Assembly: GCA_965603475.1 (NCBI GenBank)
Contig: CBFDDD010000016.1
Span: 75 to 64,074 of the forward strand
Length of the DNA stretch: 64,000 nucleotides
Reading direction: 5' to 3'
Origin: an uncultured Myxococcales bacterium
GTDB taxonomy: Bacteria; Myxococcota_A; UBA9160; UBA4427
The position numbers and the translations under genes are program-made. The notes under the pieces are model-generated. The model was not told the origin of the DNA and did not search any database. It was given only the letters and a program-made list of their open reading frames with translations. Positions 9,182-17,975 of the stretch are shown here, one piece after another; positions within the stretch are counted from its first letter, which is position 1; each line of letters begins with the position of its first letter.

Positions 9182-10540
9182 ATGCGTGCCAAGCTCGTTC
9201 TGAGCGCGCTGTGTCTAGTGCTCCTCGTGAGACCCGCCTTCGCGCAGGACATGAGCACGGACCCTGCCGCTCCGGAGATGGAGTCCGTCCACAATCCCTA
9301 CCTGGGTATGGAACTCGATGGGCGCATTCCAAAGATCGACAAGTCTGTCTACGTCGATCGACCCGAACGGTGGCGTTATGTGCCCGAGGGCCGAATCAAG
9401 CCTGGTAATTTCTTTCAGCGCTTCCTCGTTTCGAGCTTCGTCGTCCCGCTGGTCTTCAGCAATTCCGATATTGGGACCGGATTCGGCCTGGCTCTGACCG
9501 ACATCGATTTTCGAAAACAGCGTCGGCGTGAGTTTCTCGGTGGTTTTTTCTCGTACACCACGAAAGGGCAACAGAGCTATGTGCTCAGGTGGCGCCGTTG
9601 GTTGAAGCATATGGATGTGCCGGGTGGGGGTGTCCTGCAAGAAGAGCGAAGCTACCTCCGGGCGGGTGGTGGTTACCGGAAGACGCTCACGCGGCGCTTT
9701 TTCGGCATTGGCCCAGCGACTGATGAAAGAGACGAAACCAGCTACACCGATGAGGTCGCCTTTCTCGATATCGGACTGTCCAGGTCGCTCGATGGCAAGC
9801 TAGACGATTTAATCGTCGAACTCGGACTGATCGCCGAGGGCCACCGTCTGGACGACGGCCATGTCGGCGGGGACCCCAACACCGAAGACGCATTCCCGAG
9901 GCTGTTTGGCGACGCGGACCGGATTGTATTGGGTTGGCTCAGCGGGGGGCTTCGATGGGACACCCGCGATAGTCAGAGAAACGCCTATCGGGGGACCGCC
10001 ATCGGTGCAAGAGTCGATGCGGCTCTCGGTCAGACCGATGGCAACGTCGGTGCGATCTATACCTTCTTCGCGGATCAGATTTTTCCGACCTGGCCACTCT
10101 TCCACTCTGGCGGAACCGACGACGAAGAGCATCCGCCGACCGACAGCATTGCCTTTCATTTCGAGAATCGGTTGAGCTCGGGTGATATCCCCTTTTTTGC
10201 TCGACCGAGTCTCGGCGGATCGCGAATTCTGCGTGGCTATATCGAGGGACGTTGGCGGGATGACGCGGTTTGGGCCGCGGTCGCCGAGTATCGATTCTGG
10301 TTCATTCCCCGTGGCTTCACGGTCTGGCGCCATATACGCGTCGAGCGCGTCGGTGCTGCCCTCTTCTACGAGGTGGGCGGCGTCGCGGAGGATGGCTTCG
10401 GGCTCTTCCATTCTGGCGTCTTGCAGAGCTATGGCGTGAGTGCGCGTGCCACGATCGAACGTGCGGCGCTCTTTCGGGCGGACTTCGGATTCTCGAAAGA
10501 GGGGTTCAATTTTTCTGCCGGTTTCGGGCTTTCGTTTTGA
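9182..10540 (+). CDS. Outer-membrane beta-barrel protein, Omp85/surface-antigen (D15)-like
   Basis: Signal peptide MRAKLVLSALCLVLLVRPAFA, the motif SLGGSRILRGY and an amphipathic beta-strand pattern. The C-terminus ...FSAGFGLSF ends in Phe. The ATG lies 1 nt after the gor stop. Confidence 0.7.
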   Translation: MRAKLVLSALCLVLLVRPAFAQDMSTDPAAPEMESVHNPYLGMELDGRIPKIDKSVYVDRPERWRYVPEGRIKPGNFFQRFLVSSFVVPLVFSNSDIGTGFGLALTDIDFRKQRRREFLGGFFSYTTKGQQSYVLRWRRWLKHMDVPGGGVLQEERSYLRAGGGYRKTLTRRFFGIGPATDERDETSYTDEVAFLDIGLSRSLDGKLDDLIVELGLIAEGHRLDDGHVGGDPNTEDAFPRLFGDADRIVLGWLSGGLRWDTRDSQRNAYRGTAIGARVDAALGQTDGNVGAIYTFFADQIFPTWPLFHSGGTDDEEHPPTDSIAFHFENRLSSGDIPFFARPSLGGSRILRGYIEGRWRDDAVWAAVAEYRFWFIPRGFTVWRHIRVERVGAALFYEVGGVAEDGFGLFHSGVLQSYGVSARATIERAALFRADFGFSKEGFNFSAGFGLSF

Positions 10541-10572
10541 AGGCACGCCAATCGTACTGCTAGCTTCGCAGG

Positions 10573-11154
10573 ATGGATCGCGCGGACCTGATGCAATTGC
10601 TCGACCGGTACCGGGGCCGTCACCCGGACGAGATGGCAACGATCGATCGGGTCCGAACACTCCTCGATGACTACGAGCGCTGTTTCTTTCGAGATTGTTT
10701 TCCAGGTCATATCACCTCTTCGGCCTGGATCGTTTCGCGCGAGAGTCGGTCGGTACTTCTCACTCATCACCTCAAGCTCGAGCGTTGGTTGCAGCTGGGC
10801 GGCCACGCTGATGGGGAGTCGGACGTACTTGCCTCTGCACTGCGTGAGGCAGAGGAAGAGTCAGGCTTGCGCGACTTCTCGGCGATCCCGCGAACGGGCG
10901 CCTGCGAAATCCTCGATATCGATGTGCACGACATCCCAGCGCGGGCTTCCGAACCCCTCCATCAGCATCATGACATCCGTTTTCTCTTCGAGGTTTCCGA
11001 GGCCCAGGTGATCCGTCACCAGGAAAATGAGTCGAAGGAAGTTCGCTGGTTCTTGGGGGACGCGATCGAGACTCACTTCGACGAGGAGAGTCTGCTGCGA
11101 ATGGCTCGGAAGGCTTCGCAATGGCTTTCACGCTCTCCGGCTGGGCCCGGCTGA
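10573..11154 (+). CDS. NUDIX hydrolase
   Basis: Nudix box GGHADGESDVLASALREAEEESGL. Confidence 0.8.
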   Translation: MDRADLMQLLDRYRGRHPDEMATIDRVRTLLDDYERCFFRDCFPGHITSSAWIVSRESRSVLLTHHLKLERWLQLGGHADGESDVLASALREAEEESGLRDFSAIPRTGACEILDIDVHDIPARASEPLHQHHDIRFLFEVSEAQVIRHQENESKEVRWFLGDAIETHFDEESLLRMARKASQWLSRSPAGPG

Positions 11155-11167
11155 GACATCCGGTGAT

Positions 11168-11191
11168 GTCCCGTCGGGGACGATATATTTT
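11168..11191 (+). terminator. Putative intrinsic terminator after the NUDIX gene
   Basis: Hairpin gtccc-gtcg-gggac followed by gatatatttt. An overlapping alternative hairpin gacatc-cggt-gatgtc lies just upstream. Confidence 0.4.
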
Positions 11192-11369
11192 GCCCATTGA
11201 TGCCGTCACAATGCTGCAGGTCGGGTGAATCGAATCGCCAAGTCGATCCGAAGTGCGCTCTCCTGGGCCTCAAGGGGCCGAGAAGATTTCTAGGTACGCT
11301 CAGCTTTTGGCTCACCACTTGCAGTTGTTCATATGGTACAATCCCCTCACTTGAAGAGGTAGGTGTCGC

Positions 11370-11996
11370 ATGCAGCGACGAGAGGCCATAGAAACGTTCC
11401 CGAGGCCCGCCGATACGGCGGCGGCCTCACCAAGAAGGCTCGATCCCAGGATCGGTCTGATTGGGCTCACAGGGATGATTCTGTTGCTCCTCATGAGTGC
11501 TCCGGAGCTGACCGCCGAGCCCGCCGATGCCCTCGATGAAGGTTTGCCTCACGTCTCCTCGCCGCCCCCCGCCGCCGTGATCTTCTCGATCGACGCGGCC
11601 GCTGATCTTGCGGACTGGGCCGGCGGTGCTGCCGGCCACCCTGACGGGACCGATGCTGCACCGGACGCAGCGATGACACGCGAGGACACGGACGAGGCGG
11701 CCCATGCCCCACCGGTGGCGGCGGAGCCGTCGTCCGTCGCTCTCGAAGAACTCCTCTCCATGCGCAATCCTGGGATGAATCCATGGCGGCCCACGTCGGC
11801 CGACGAAGCCCTGGCCGTTGCGGTCGCCAATGGCTCGAACCCCGATCTCGAGCCCCGCAACCCCTTTCGCAAGCGCAGTACGGATCTGTTTCGTACAGAT
11901 TTCGTACCCGTCTCGGTCGGCAGGGCGGAAATGCTGATGCGCTTTCGCTTGCGCGCGAAGTCGCGTAACGCGGTTTCTGTGGAAGTCCGCTTCTAG
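11370..11996 (+). CDS. Hypothetical secreted/low-complexity protein
   Basis: N-terminal hydrophobic segment IGLIGLTGMILLLLMSAP and an Ala/Asp/Pro-rich body; ends ...VSVEVRF. No recognised motif. Confidence 0.4.
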   Translation: MQRREAIETFPRPADTAAASPRRLDPRIGLIGLTGMILLLLMSAPELTAEPADALDEGLPHVSSPPPAAVIFSIDAAADLADWAGGAAGHPDGTDAAPDAAMTREDTDEAAHAPPVAAEPSSVALEELLSMRNPGMNPWRPTSADEALAVAVANGSNPDLEPRNPFRKRSTDLFRTDFVPVSVGRAEMLMRFRLRAKSRNAVSVEVRF

Positions 11997-12056
11997 ACCC
12001 ACCCGGTCGCTGACGTCCACACGCTGGGGCCGCGACGCCAGCTATGCTCCGGCCCC

Positions 12057-13355
12057 ATGCCAGACCGTGTAGACGACCTGCTTTCTTTCATCGATCGCTC
12101 ACCCACGCCCTACCACGCGGTTGTGGAGGTGCGGACACGCCTCGAAGCCGCGGGCTATTCACGCCTCGACGAGTCAGATTTCTGGCCACTCGCAGCGGGG
12201 GATCGCCGCTATGTCGTGCGCGCCGGCGGAAGCCTCGCGGCCTTCGAGGTCGGGGCAACATCGCCCGCGGACGCGGGCTTTCGTGTCGTTGGGGCACATA
12301 CCGATTCGCCCAATCTTCGCATCAAACCCAATCCCGATATCCATGCCCAGGGACTCCACCAGCTCGCTGTCGAGCCCTATGGCGGAGTGCTCTTGCATAC
12401 CTGGCTCGATCGCGATCTTTCGCTCGCTGGCCGCGTGACGCTCAGGGACGGCACTGGAACAAGGACAGAGCTCGTCGACTTCGCGCGCCCGCTCCTGCGG
12501 GTCCCGAGCCTCGCGATCCATCTCAACCGCGAACTCAATCAGGAGGGATTGAAACTCAACGCCCAGAAGCATCTGGCTCCGCTGATCGCCCTGGGCGAGG
12601 ACACGACGCTTGCGGGGCTTCTGGTAGACGAGCTCGATCGGACGGGGGGCGCGAAATCGAGCGCGTCCGACATCCTGGCCTACGACCTGATGGCCTACGA
12701 CCTCCAGCCCGCGGCGCGGTCCGGTGCGAAGCGCGAGTTCATCCACGCGGCACGTCTCGATAATCTCGCTTCGAGCCACGCCGGGCTGTGCGCCCTGCTC
12801 GAAGCGGGCAGCAATGGAAACGCAGGCTGCACTCGAGTGGTCGTCCTCTACGACCACGAAGAAGTCGGAAGCCGCAGTACCCAGGGTGCTGGCGGAACGT
12901 TCCTCAAGGACACGCTCGAGCGGATCTCGAGCGCTGTCGGCGCTGACGAGGGACAATCCATGGCGCGAGCCGTGGCACGATCGTGGTTGGTGTCGGCTGA
13001 CATGGCGCATGCCGTTCATCCGAATTACGCCGATCGGCATGAGCCCGGACATCGACCGAAAATCGGTGGTGGTCCCGTCATCAAGACCAACGCGAATCAA
13101 TCCTATGCGACCGATGCCGAGACAGCGGGATTCTTTGCCGCTCTGTGTCGTCGCGTCGATGTCACGCCCCAGGACTTCGTGACCCGAAGTGACCTTGGTT
13201 GTGGCTCGACGATCGGACCGATCAGCGCTGCGCGCGTGGGAATTCGGACCGTCGACGTGGGTAACCCGATGCTCTCCATGCACTCGTGTCGGGAGCTGGC
13301 CGGAGCTGCGGACGTCGAGCCGATGATCTCTGTCCTCACAGAATTCTTCCGCTGA
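12057..13355 (+). CDS. M18-family aminopeptidase (aspartyl aminopeptidase-like)
   Basis: N-terminal SPTPYHAV, VGAHTDSPNLRIKP, and HEEVGS and DMAHAVHPNY metal-ligand regions. Confidence 0.85.
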   Translation: MPDRVDDLLSFIDRSPTPYHAVVEVRTRLEAAGYSRLDESDFWPLAAGDRRYVVRAGGSLAAFEVGATSPADAGFRVVGAHTDSPNLRIKPNPDIHAQGLHQLAVEPYGGVLLHTWLDRDLSLAGRVTLRDGTGTRTELVDFARPLLRVPSLAIHLNRELNQEGLKLNAQKHLAPLIALGEDTTLAGLLVDELDRTGGAKSSASDILAYDLMAYDLQPAARSGAKREFIHAARLDNLASSHAGLCALLEAGSNGNAGCTRVVVLYDHEEVGSRSTQGAGGTFLKDTLERISSAVGADEGQSMARAVARSWLVSADMAHAVHPNYADRHEPGHRPKIGGGPVIKTNANQSYATDAETAGFFAALCRRVDVTPQDFVTRSDLGCGSTIGPISAARVGIRTVDVGNPMLSMHSCRELAGAADVEPMISVLTEFFR

Positions 13356-13406
13356 ACATCTTCGATTGGTCGCGTTCGGCTTCCCTGACTCGCGAGTTTC
13401 CCGGGC

Positions 13407-15050
13407 CTAGGCCGCCAGCAGCGCGCGTCCGATCACCTTCAGCTCGAGGATCGGCTTCACGCCTTCGAAGATCGGGAGTACTGTCGCGTCGACGACATAA
13501 CGGCTGATCGGATATTCCTCAGCGTAACCCCAGCCGCCGTGCATGAGCTGCCCCATCTGCGTCGTCGTGACGGCGACGTCGCAGGCGAGCAGTTTCGCCT
13601 GGGCTGCGAGCGGGCCAGCCGCGCGTTCGTCCTCGTCGAAGGCGCGCGCGGCGGCGTAGGTGATTGCTCGGGCACCCGCGATCTGTGCGGCCATCTTGCC
13701 CAGCGTGAATTTCGTGAGCTGGAACTCGGAGATCGGCTGATCGAATTGCTTGCGGTCGACAACGTATTTGGCCGTCTCCTCGAGGGCTGCCTGGGCCAGG
13801 CCACAGGCGCGACCACTGGTCTGCAAGCGACCCGCGCCAAAGCCCGCCATCTGGAGATAGAAGCCGCGACCTTCGCCTCCCTCTTCCCCGACGAGATGGT
13901 CCGCCGGCACGAAATAATTCTCGAAGTTGATCGTATACGAATGCATGCCGCGGTATCCCGGCGTGGCGTCGGCCTTTCCGACGAGTCGGCCGCCACCAGG
14001 CTGCTTGCATTCAAATGTGTGTTCGCGAGAAGCTTCCTTGGGAACGATGAACAGTGAGAGTCCCTTTGCGCCTTTCGAGAGATCAGGATCCGTTCTGAGT
14101 AGGACTGCCAGTACATCGGCGCGACCTGCGAATGTGCACCAGGCTTTCGCACCGTCGATGAGCCATCCGTCCACGCCGTCGACCGTACCACGCGTCGCAC
14201 GACATCGAGCGGAAGACACGTCGGAGCCCATGTCGGGTTCAGTGACGGAGATGCCCGCCATGACTTCGCCCGAGGCGAGCTTGGGGAGCCAGTGTTTCTT
14301 CTGTTCTTCGGTCCCGCCGCCCAGCAAGGCCTTGGCGAGAATCTCGGGCCGCGTGATGAGTGAGCCTGCACCCGCAAGGGATGCCCGTGAGAGTTCCTCG
14401 GTCGTGATGATCATCGCGAGATTGCCCATCTCGACGCCGCCGTAGGCTTCGGGAACCGACAGTCCGAAGAAACCCAGCTCGGACATCTTTTCGATGAACT
14501 CTTCGGGAATCAATGCGTCGGTGCGATGGATGTGTTCGGCGTGGGGCATGATTTCCTGAGCCGCGAACTCTCGAACCTGGTCACGAACCTGCTCATGCAT
14601 TTCGTCGAGAACCCAGTCGTTCGTTCCACGCGTCTCGGCGACGGCGGTACCGATCTCGCGCAGGCTGGCTTCGGCGGTCGTGCGGCGGAGGGCAGCGCGG
14701 ACATCGACCGGAAATGCAGTCTCGACCGCTGCGTCGCCGATGCCGAGATCGTCGGCGGCGCAGGAAAGGCGGTCGCGCAGATTCGACATCAACTCGCCGA
14801 CGGCGGCGATCGCCGTCTTCTCACGGATTGGAGTCAGTTTCCCGTCGGCTGCCCAGGCGTCCAGTTCGGCGAGGACTTCGTGGGCCGCGACGGCTTCGGT
14901 CGCGGCGTAGGCGACCCGCTCGGTGATGACCTGGTGGTCATCGATCGTCTTGCCGCCGCCGGTCATGTCCTTGGCAGCCGCAACGGCGTTCGCCAAGAGT
15001 TGTGAACCAGCTTCGAGGATCAGTCGGGCGTCTTCCTGGGTGGCAGTCAT
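13407..15050 (-). CDS. Acyl-CoA dehydrogenase (long form with N-terminal helical extension)
   Basis: ACAD-type segments GISVTEPDMGSD, WCTFAG, and QLMHGGWGYAEEYPISRYVVDATVLPIFEG. Confidence 0.8.
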   Translation of the reverse strand: MTATQEDARLILEAGSQLLANAVAAAKDMTGGGKTIDDHQVITERVAYAATEAVAAHEVLAELDAWAADGKLTPIREKTAIAAVGELMSNLRDRLSCAADDLGIGDAAVETAFPVDVRAALRRTTAEASLREIGTAVAETRGTNDWVLDEMHEQVRDQVREFAAQEIMPHAEHIHRTDALIPEEFIEKMSELGFFGLSVPEAYGGVEMGNLAMIITTEELSRASLAGAGSLITRPEILAKALLGGGTEEQKKHWLPKLASGEVMAGISVTEPDMGSDVSSARCRATRGTVDGVDGWLIDGAKAWCTFAGRADVLAVLLRTDPDLSKGAKGLSLFIVPKEASREHTFECKQPGGGRLVGKADATPGYRGMHSYTINFENYFVPADHLVGEEGGEGRGFYLQMAGFGAGRLQTSGRACGLAQAALEETAKYVVDRKQFDQPISEFQLTKFTLGKMAAQIAGARAITYAAARAFDEDERAAGPLAAQAKLLACDVAVTTTQMGQLMHGGWGYAEEYPISRYVVDATVLPIFEGVKPILELKVIGRALLAA

Positions 15051-15195
15051 CGTCTGGGGTTCTCCTGGGGATTTCGAAAGGGCTCACGATTGCGTGTAGA
15101 GCGCACCGCGGAATCGAGGCGGCCGGAACATAGCGCGAGGATCGCGGTGCCGTGCCGATGGTGGTGCGGAATCCCACGCGAATTCCACAGAATTC

Positions 15196-16029
15196 TTACG
15201 ACTTCGTCGGCGCTTTCTGACTGCCGCCGGGTCCCGGCATCGGGGCACGCACGGTGTCATAGCCCGCCTCCTCGGGGATCACCATCATCATGGTGCCATC
15301 GGGGTCCTTCGAGAATCGCGGAAGGACCGTGACGATCGTGTCACGGCGCGCATTCTCGAGCGCGCCCTCGACCGAGGGGCTACGCCCGAGCTTCTTCATG
15401 TTCTCGAGCGTTGGGAAGATGATCGTCCTCTGACCGGTTTTCTCGAGTTCGAGCGCGCTCGGGATCGTCGTCCAGAGCGAGTCCACCGATTCGAAGCCAT
15501 CGTGGACGGCGAGCTGGTCTGCTGGTGCGGCCACGAGGAAAAAGTGTGTGTCGAAGCGCTTGGGCATGAATTCCGGCGTAATCCAGTGCGCGAAGGGGAC
15601 GAGCAGGTCGAAGGCAAGTTCGAGTTCCTCAGCCCTGACCATGTCGAGCATGCTGCTGCCACCATTCTGCAAGGCGTCGCGATACCGAGCCGAGATGGAC
15701 TCGAGGTGACCTGCATCGATCAGATCCCGCGTTCCGCGAGGTCGCGCGAGCAGAACGCCACATTCTTCGAAGGTCTCGCGTATGGCGGCCACTCTCACGG
15801 TGTTCTCGTTCGCGGACCCGGGCTCCGCGCCACGACAAAAGGCCTCGAGTTCGGGTTCAGCATCAGTGGCTTCGACCTTGCCACCGGGAAAGACGAGCGC
15901 GCCCTCTGCAAAGTCGATCTGGTGATGGCGTTCGACCATGAAGACTTCGAGCAGGTCGGGGCCATCTCGAAGGAGCAGAATGGTGGCGGAGAGCCGGGTT
16001 TCAGCGGGCTTCTTGGATTCAGCAGACAT
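15196..16029 (-). CDS. NUDIX-domain hydrolase
   Basis: Variant Nudix box FPGGKVEATDAE...AAIRETFEECGVLLA. Confidence 0.7.
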   Translation of the reverse strand: MSAESKKPAETRLSATILLLRDGPDLLEVFMVERHHQIDFAEGALVFPGGKVEATDAEPELEAFCRGAEPGSANENTVRVAAIRETFEECGVLLARPRGTRDLIDAGHLESISARYRDALQNGGSSMLDMVRAEELELAFDLLVPFAHWITPEFMPKRFDTHFFLVAAPADQLAVHDGFESVDSLWTTIPSALELEKTGQRTIIFPTLENMKKLGRSPSVEGALENARRDTIVTVLPRFSKDPDGTMMMVIPEEAGYDTVRAPMPGPGGSQKAPTKS

Positions 16030-16178
16030 TTCGACTCGCAGACTTCGGTTGCGACATTGCGCAACACGAGGCGGTGCTCGACGCGACTCAGCGGGCCAGG
16101 ATCGGCCGTGAGCCCGACGGGCCAGGCTGCCGGAATGATAGCCGAGTCAGAGCCTCTTCATCTCGAGTCCAATGGCGG

Positions 16179-16514
16179 TCAGTGCACGACGATGACGTCT
16201 AGTTTTCCGTCGTCGGACAGCTTTCGAAGCCGTTCGAATGGGTAGATACCCGTAGAGTGTCCGTCACTCCATTCGATCTGAATCGCATAGCGCCCGACCG
16301 ATTGGATCCCGACCGGCGCTACGTCATCTGGCACGTTGTTCGGGGCCAGGAGCGCTTCGCCACTCCACTCGTCGACGCAGTTTGCGCAGCCGCAGGCGAG
16401 GCGGAGGGCACGCACGTCGAGCAGGCTTTCCGCGCCGTCCGCCCAGCGGATGGAGAGGGTGCGGGCGTCATGTTGCTGGATCTGGGTCGGTGTATGTGTG
16501 TCGGAACTCGGCAT
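16179..16514 (-). CDS. DUF971-family small protein (gamma-butyrobetaine hydroxylase N-terminal-like)
   Basis: Only the C-terminal 111 aa of the 227-aa ORF look protein-like (LSIRWADGAESLLDVRALRLACGCANCVDE...IEWSDGHSTGIYPF). ATG at 16514. The upstream part of the ORF is Arg/Ser/Pro-rich junk. Confidence 0.7.
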   Translation of the reverse strand: MPSSDTHTPTQIQQHDARTLSIRWADGAESLLDVRALRLACGCANCVDEWSGEALLAPNNVPDDVAPVGIQSVGRYAIQIEWSDGHSTGIYPFERLRKLSDDGKLDVIVVH

Positions 16515-16593
16515 TCGGAGAGAATAGGGGTTTCTTCGATCTTCGGAGCACGCTGTGCGTTGCGTCGGCTCTGGCCTGCTAGCCTCCGCGCCC

Positions 16594-17283
16594 ATGACAG
16601 ACTCAAACGAAACGATTGCAATTCTGGGCGGGACGGGCGACCAGGGTCTAGGCCTGGCGCTGCGTTTCTGTCGATCCGGAAGACGTGTGGTGATTGGCTC
16701 TCGAAAGGCCGAGCGCGCGTTGGAAGCGGCGGAAAACGTACGAAAACAGGTGTCGGGCGCGGACGTGGAGGGGCTTGGTAACGAAGAGGCGACCGCTGCC
16801 GCGCAGATGGTGATTCTCTCCGTCCCCTTCGAACATACAGCCAGTACGGTCAAGGGGATCAAAGAGTCGCTCCGCGACGGCCAGATCGTCGTGTCGATGA
16901 CGGTTCCGCTGGCAACTGCCGTCGGCGACGGGGCGGTTCGGACCGTTGGAATCTGGCAGGGTTCGGCAGCGGAACTCGTGAAATCCTTGGTGCCGAAGGG
17001 CGTCGACGTAGTTTCCGCGTTTCAGAACGTGTCGTCGCATCGGCTCCAGCATCTCGCAGAGCCTGTCGAGTGTGACGTGGTGGTCTCCGGACCGAAGGCC
17101 GCTCGAGAGAAGGTGATGGCACTGTGCCCACTGGTGGAGGGGCTCCGAGCGCTCGATGGTGGGCCGCTCTCGAACGCACGCATCGTCGAGGAGATGACGG
17201 CGCTGATCATCGGGCTGAATATCCGACACAAGTGCCCTGAAGGCCTCGGCATTCGCTTCACTGGACTTCCGGGCGAGGAATAG
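16594..17283 (+). CDS. npdG: NADPH-dependent F420 reductase (NpdG/Fno-like)
   Basis: MTDSNETIAILGGTGDQGLGLALRFCRSGRRVVIGSR matches the Fno/NpdG N-terminal dinucleotide fold. ATG 16594 chosen over the upstream ORF-track start. Confidence 0.7.
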   Translation: MTDSNETIAILGGTGDQGLGLALRFCRSGRRVVIGSRKAERALEAAENVRKQVSGADVEGLGNEEATAAAQMVILSVPFEHTASTVKGIKESLRDGQIVVSMTVPLATAVGDGAVRTVGIWQGSAAELVKSLVPKGVDVVSAFQNVSSHRLQHLAEPVECDVVVSGPKAAREKVMALCPLVEGLRALDGGPLSNARIVEEMTALIIGLNIRHKCPEGLGIRFTGLPGEE

Positions 17284-17617
17284 TCCTTCGATCCAACGGA
17301 CCTTTCTGCGCGAATCTGGCCTTCTGGCGGTCGGATCGGGAGCCGTTGGCGTTGTCGGATAGGCAGTATCCCCTCAGGGCCTGAAAAAACTGGCCTGAGA
17401 TCGAAAACCCCTGTCAAAACAATAGCTTGCAAACGCTGTTTGGGGATAAGCTGATTCCCCTTCAGATTCGAGGATTTGCGAGGCTCAAGCGGGGTCACGA
17501 AACTGTGTCAGGCACAAGGGGTTGTGGTTGATCACCCAGTCTATCCCAATATTTTGTGTTTTTTCGGTTGACGAATACTCTCGATGAGTGCAATTTGAGC
17601 CTCAACGGGGATGTGAG

Positions 17618-17668
17618 GTTCCTCCTGTAGCCTGGGGGGGTCGCAACTTGGTGGTTGCGGGGAGGAAC
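17618..17668 (+). promoter_or_regulatory. Nested stem-loop in the nrdJ leader
   Basis: The outer 8-bp stem pairs gttcctcc (17618-25) with ggaggaac (17661-68). It encloses a 6-bp hairpin, cgcaac (17642-47) paired with gttgcg (17654-59). Confidence 0.4.
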
Positions 17669-17805
17669 GCGAACCTTGGGTGGGGAGTCGCCAAGTCGGA
17701 ACTGATCGGGACTGGAAGGATTTGGGGTGACCCCGTGTTGCAACTCATCCGAAAGGTCTCGCGTCGTAAACGCTGATGGACGTGACAATTCACTTGCTGT
17801 TCGAG

Positions 17806-17831
17806 GGGCGCCGGGAGATTTCTCGGCGCCC
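17806..17831 (+). promoter_or_regulatory. Strong GC hairpin about 80 nt upstream of nrdJ
   Basis: gggcgccgggagatttctcggcgccc forms a ~11-bp stem with a 4-nt loop. No U-tract follows. Confidence 0.4.
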
Positions 17832-17862
17832 TACTCATCTAAGCCGTCGAGCGGGTCGGGCC

Positions 17863-17975
17863 GGATCGGATACATGGGATACATAGGATACGACTGAGGG
17901 GGGTGGGTGAATCGTGAGCGAAGAACTGACGAGCGATAAGAGCGATAAGAGCGATAAGAGCGCTGAGAGCGCTGA
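17863..17975. repeat. Two 9-bp tandem arrays flanking the nrdJ GTG start
   Basis: The first array is (ggatacatg)(ggatacata)(ggatacgac) at 17868-17894. The second is (gagcgataa)x3 then (gagcgctga)x2 at 17931-17975, which encodes SDKSDKSDKSAESAE if translated. Confidence 0.9.

Noticed and set aside
16515-16862. N-terminal extensions of ORF-track entries. These are the DUF971 ORF, 52059-52334 (LLM), 60194-60454 (alaS), 45098-45406 (mreB), 51764-51910 (mltG), 52245-52883 (ruvX), 23585-23782 (ETF-QO) and 20769-20837 (sppA).
   Set aside because: The conserved protein begins at an internal start codon, often with an SD. The upstream parts are low-complexity and overlap neighbouring genes or promoters.
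17560-17800. Cobalamin riboswitch or NrdR boxes in the nrdJ leader
   Set aside because: I could not find a B12 box (GCCACTG-type core). There is only a half-match to the NrdR palindrome (..ATATTTTGTGT at about 17550). The evidence is insufficient by eye and needs cmscan and a PWM scan.
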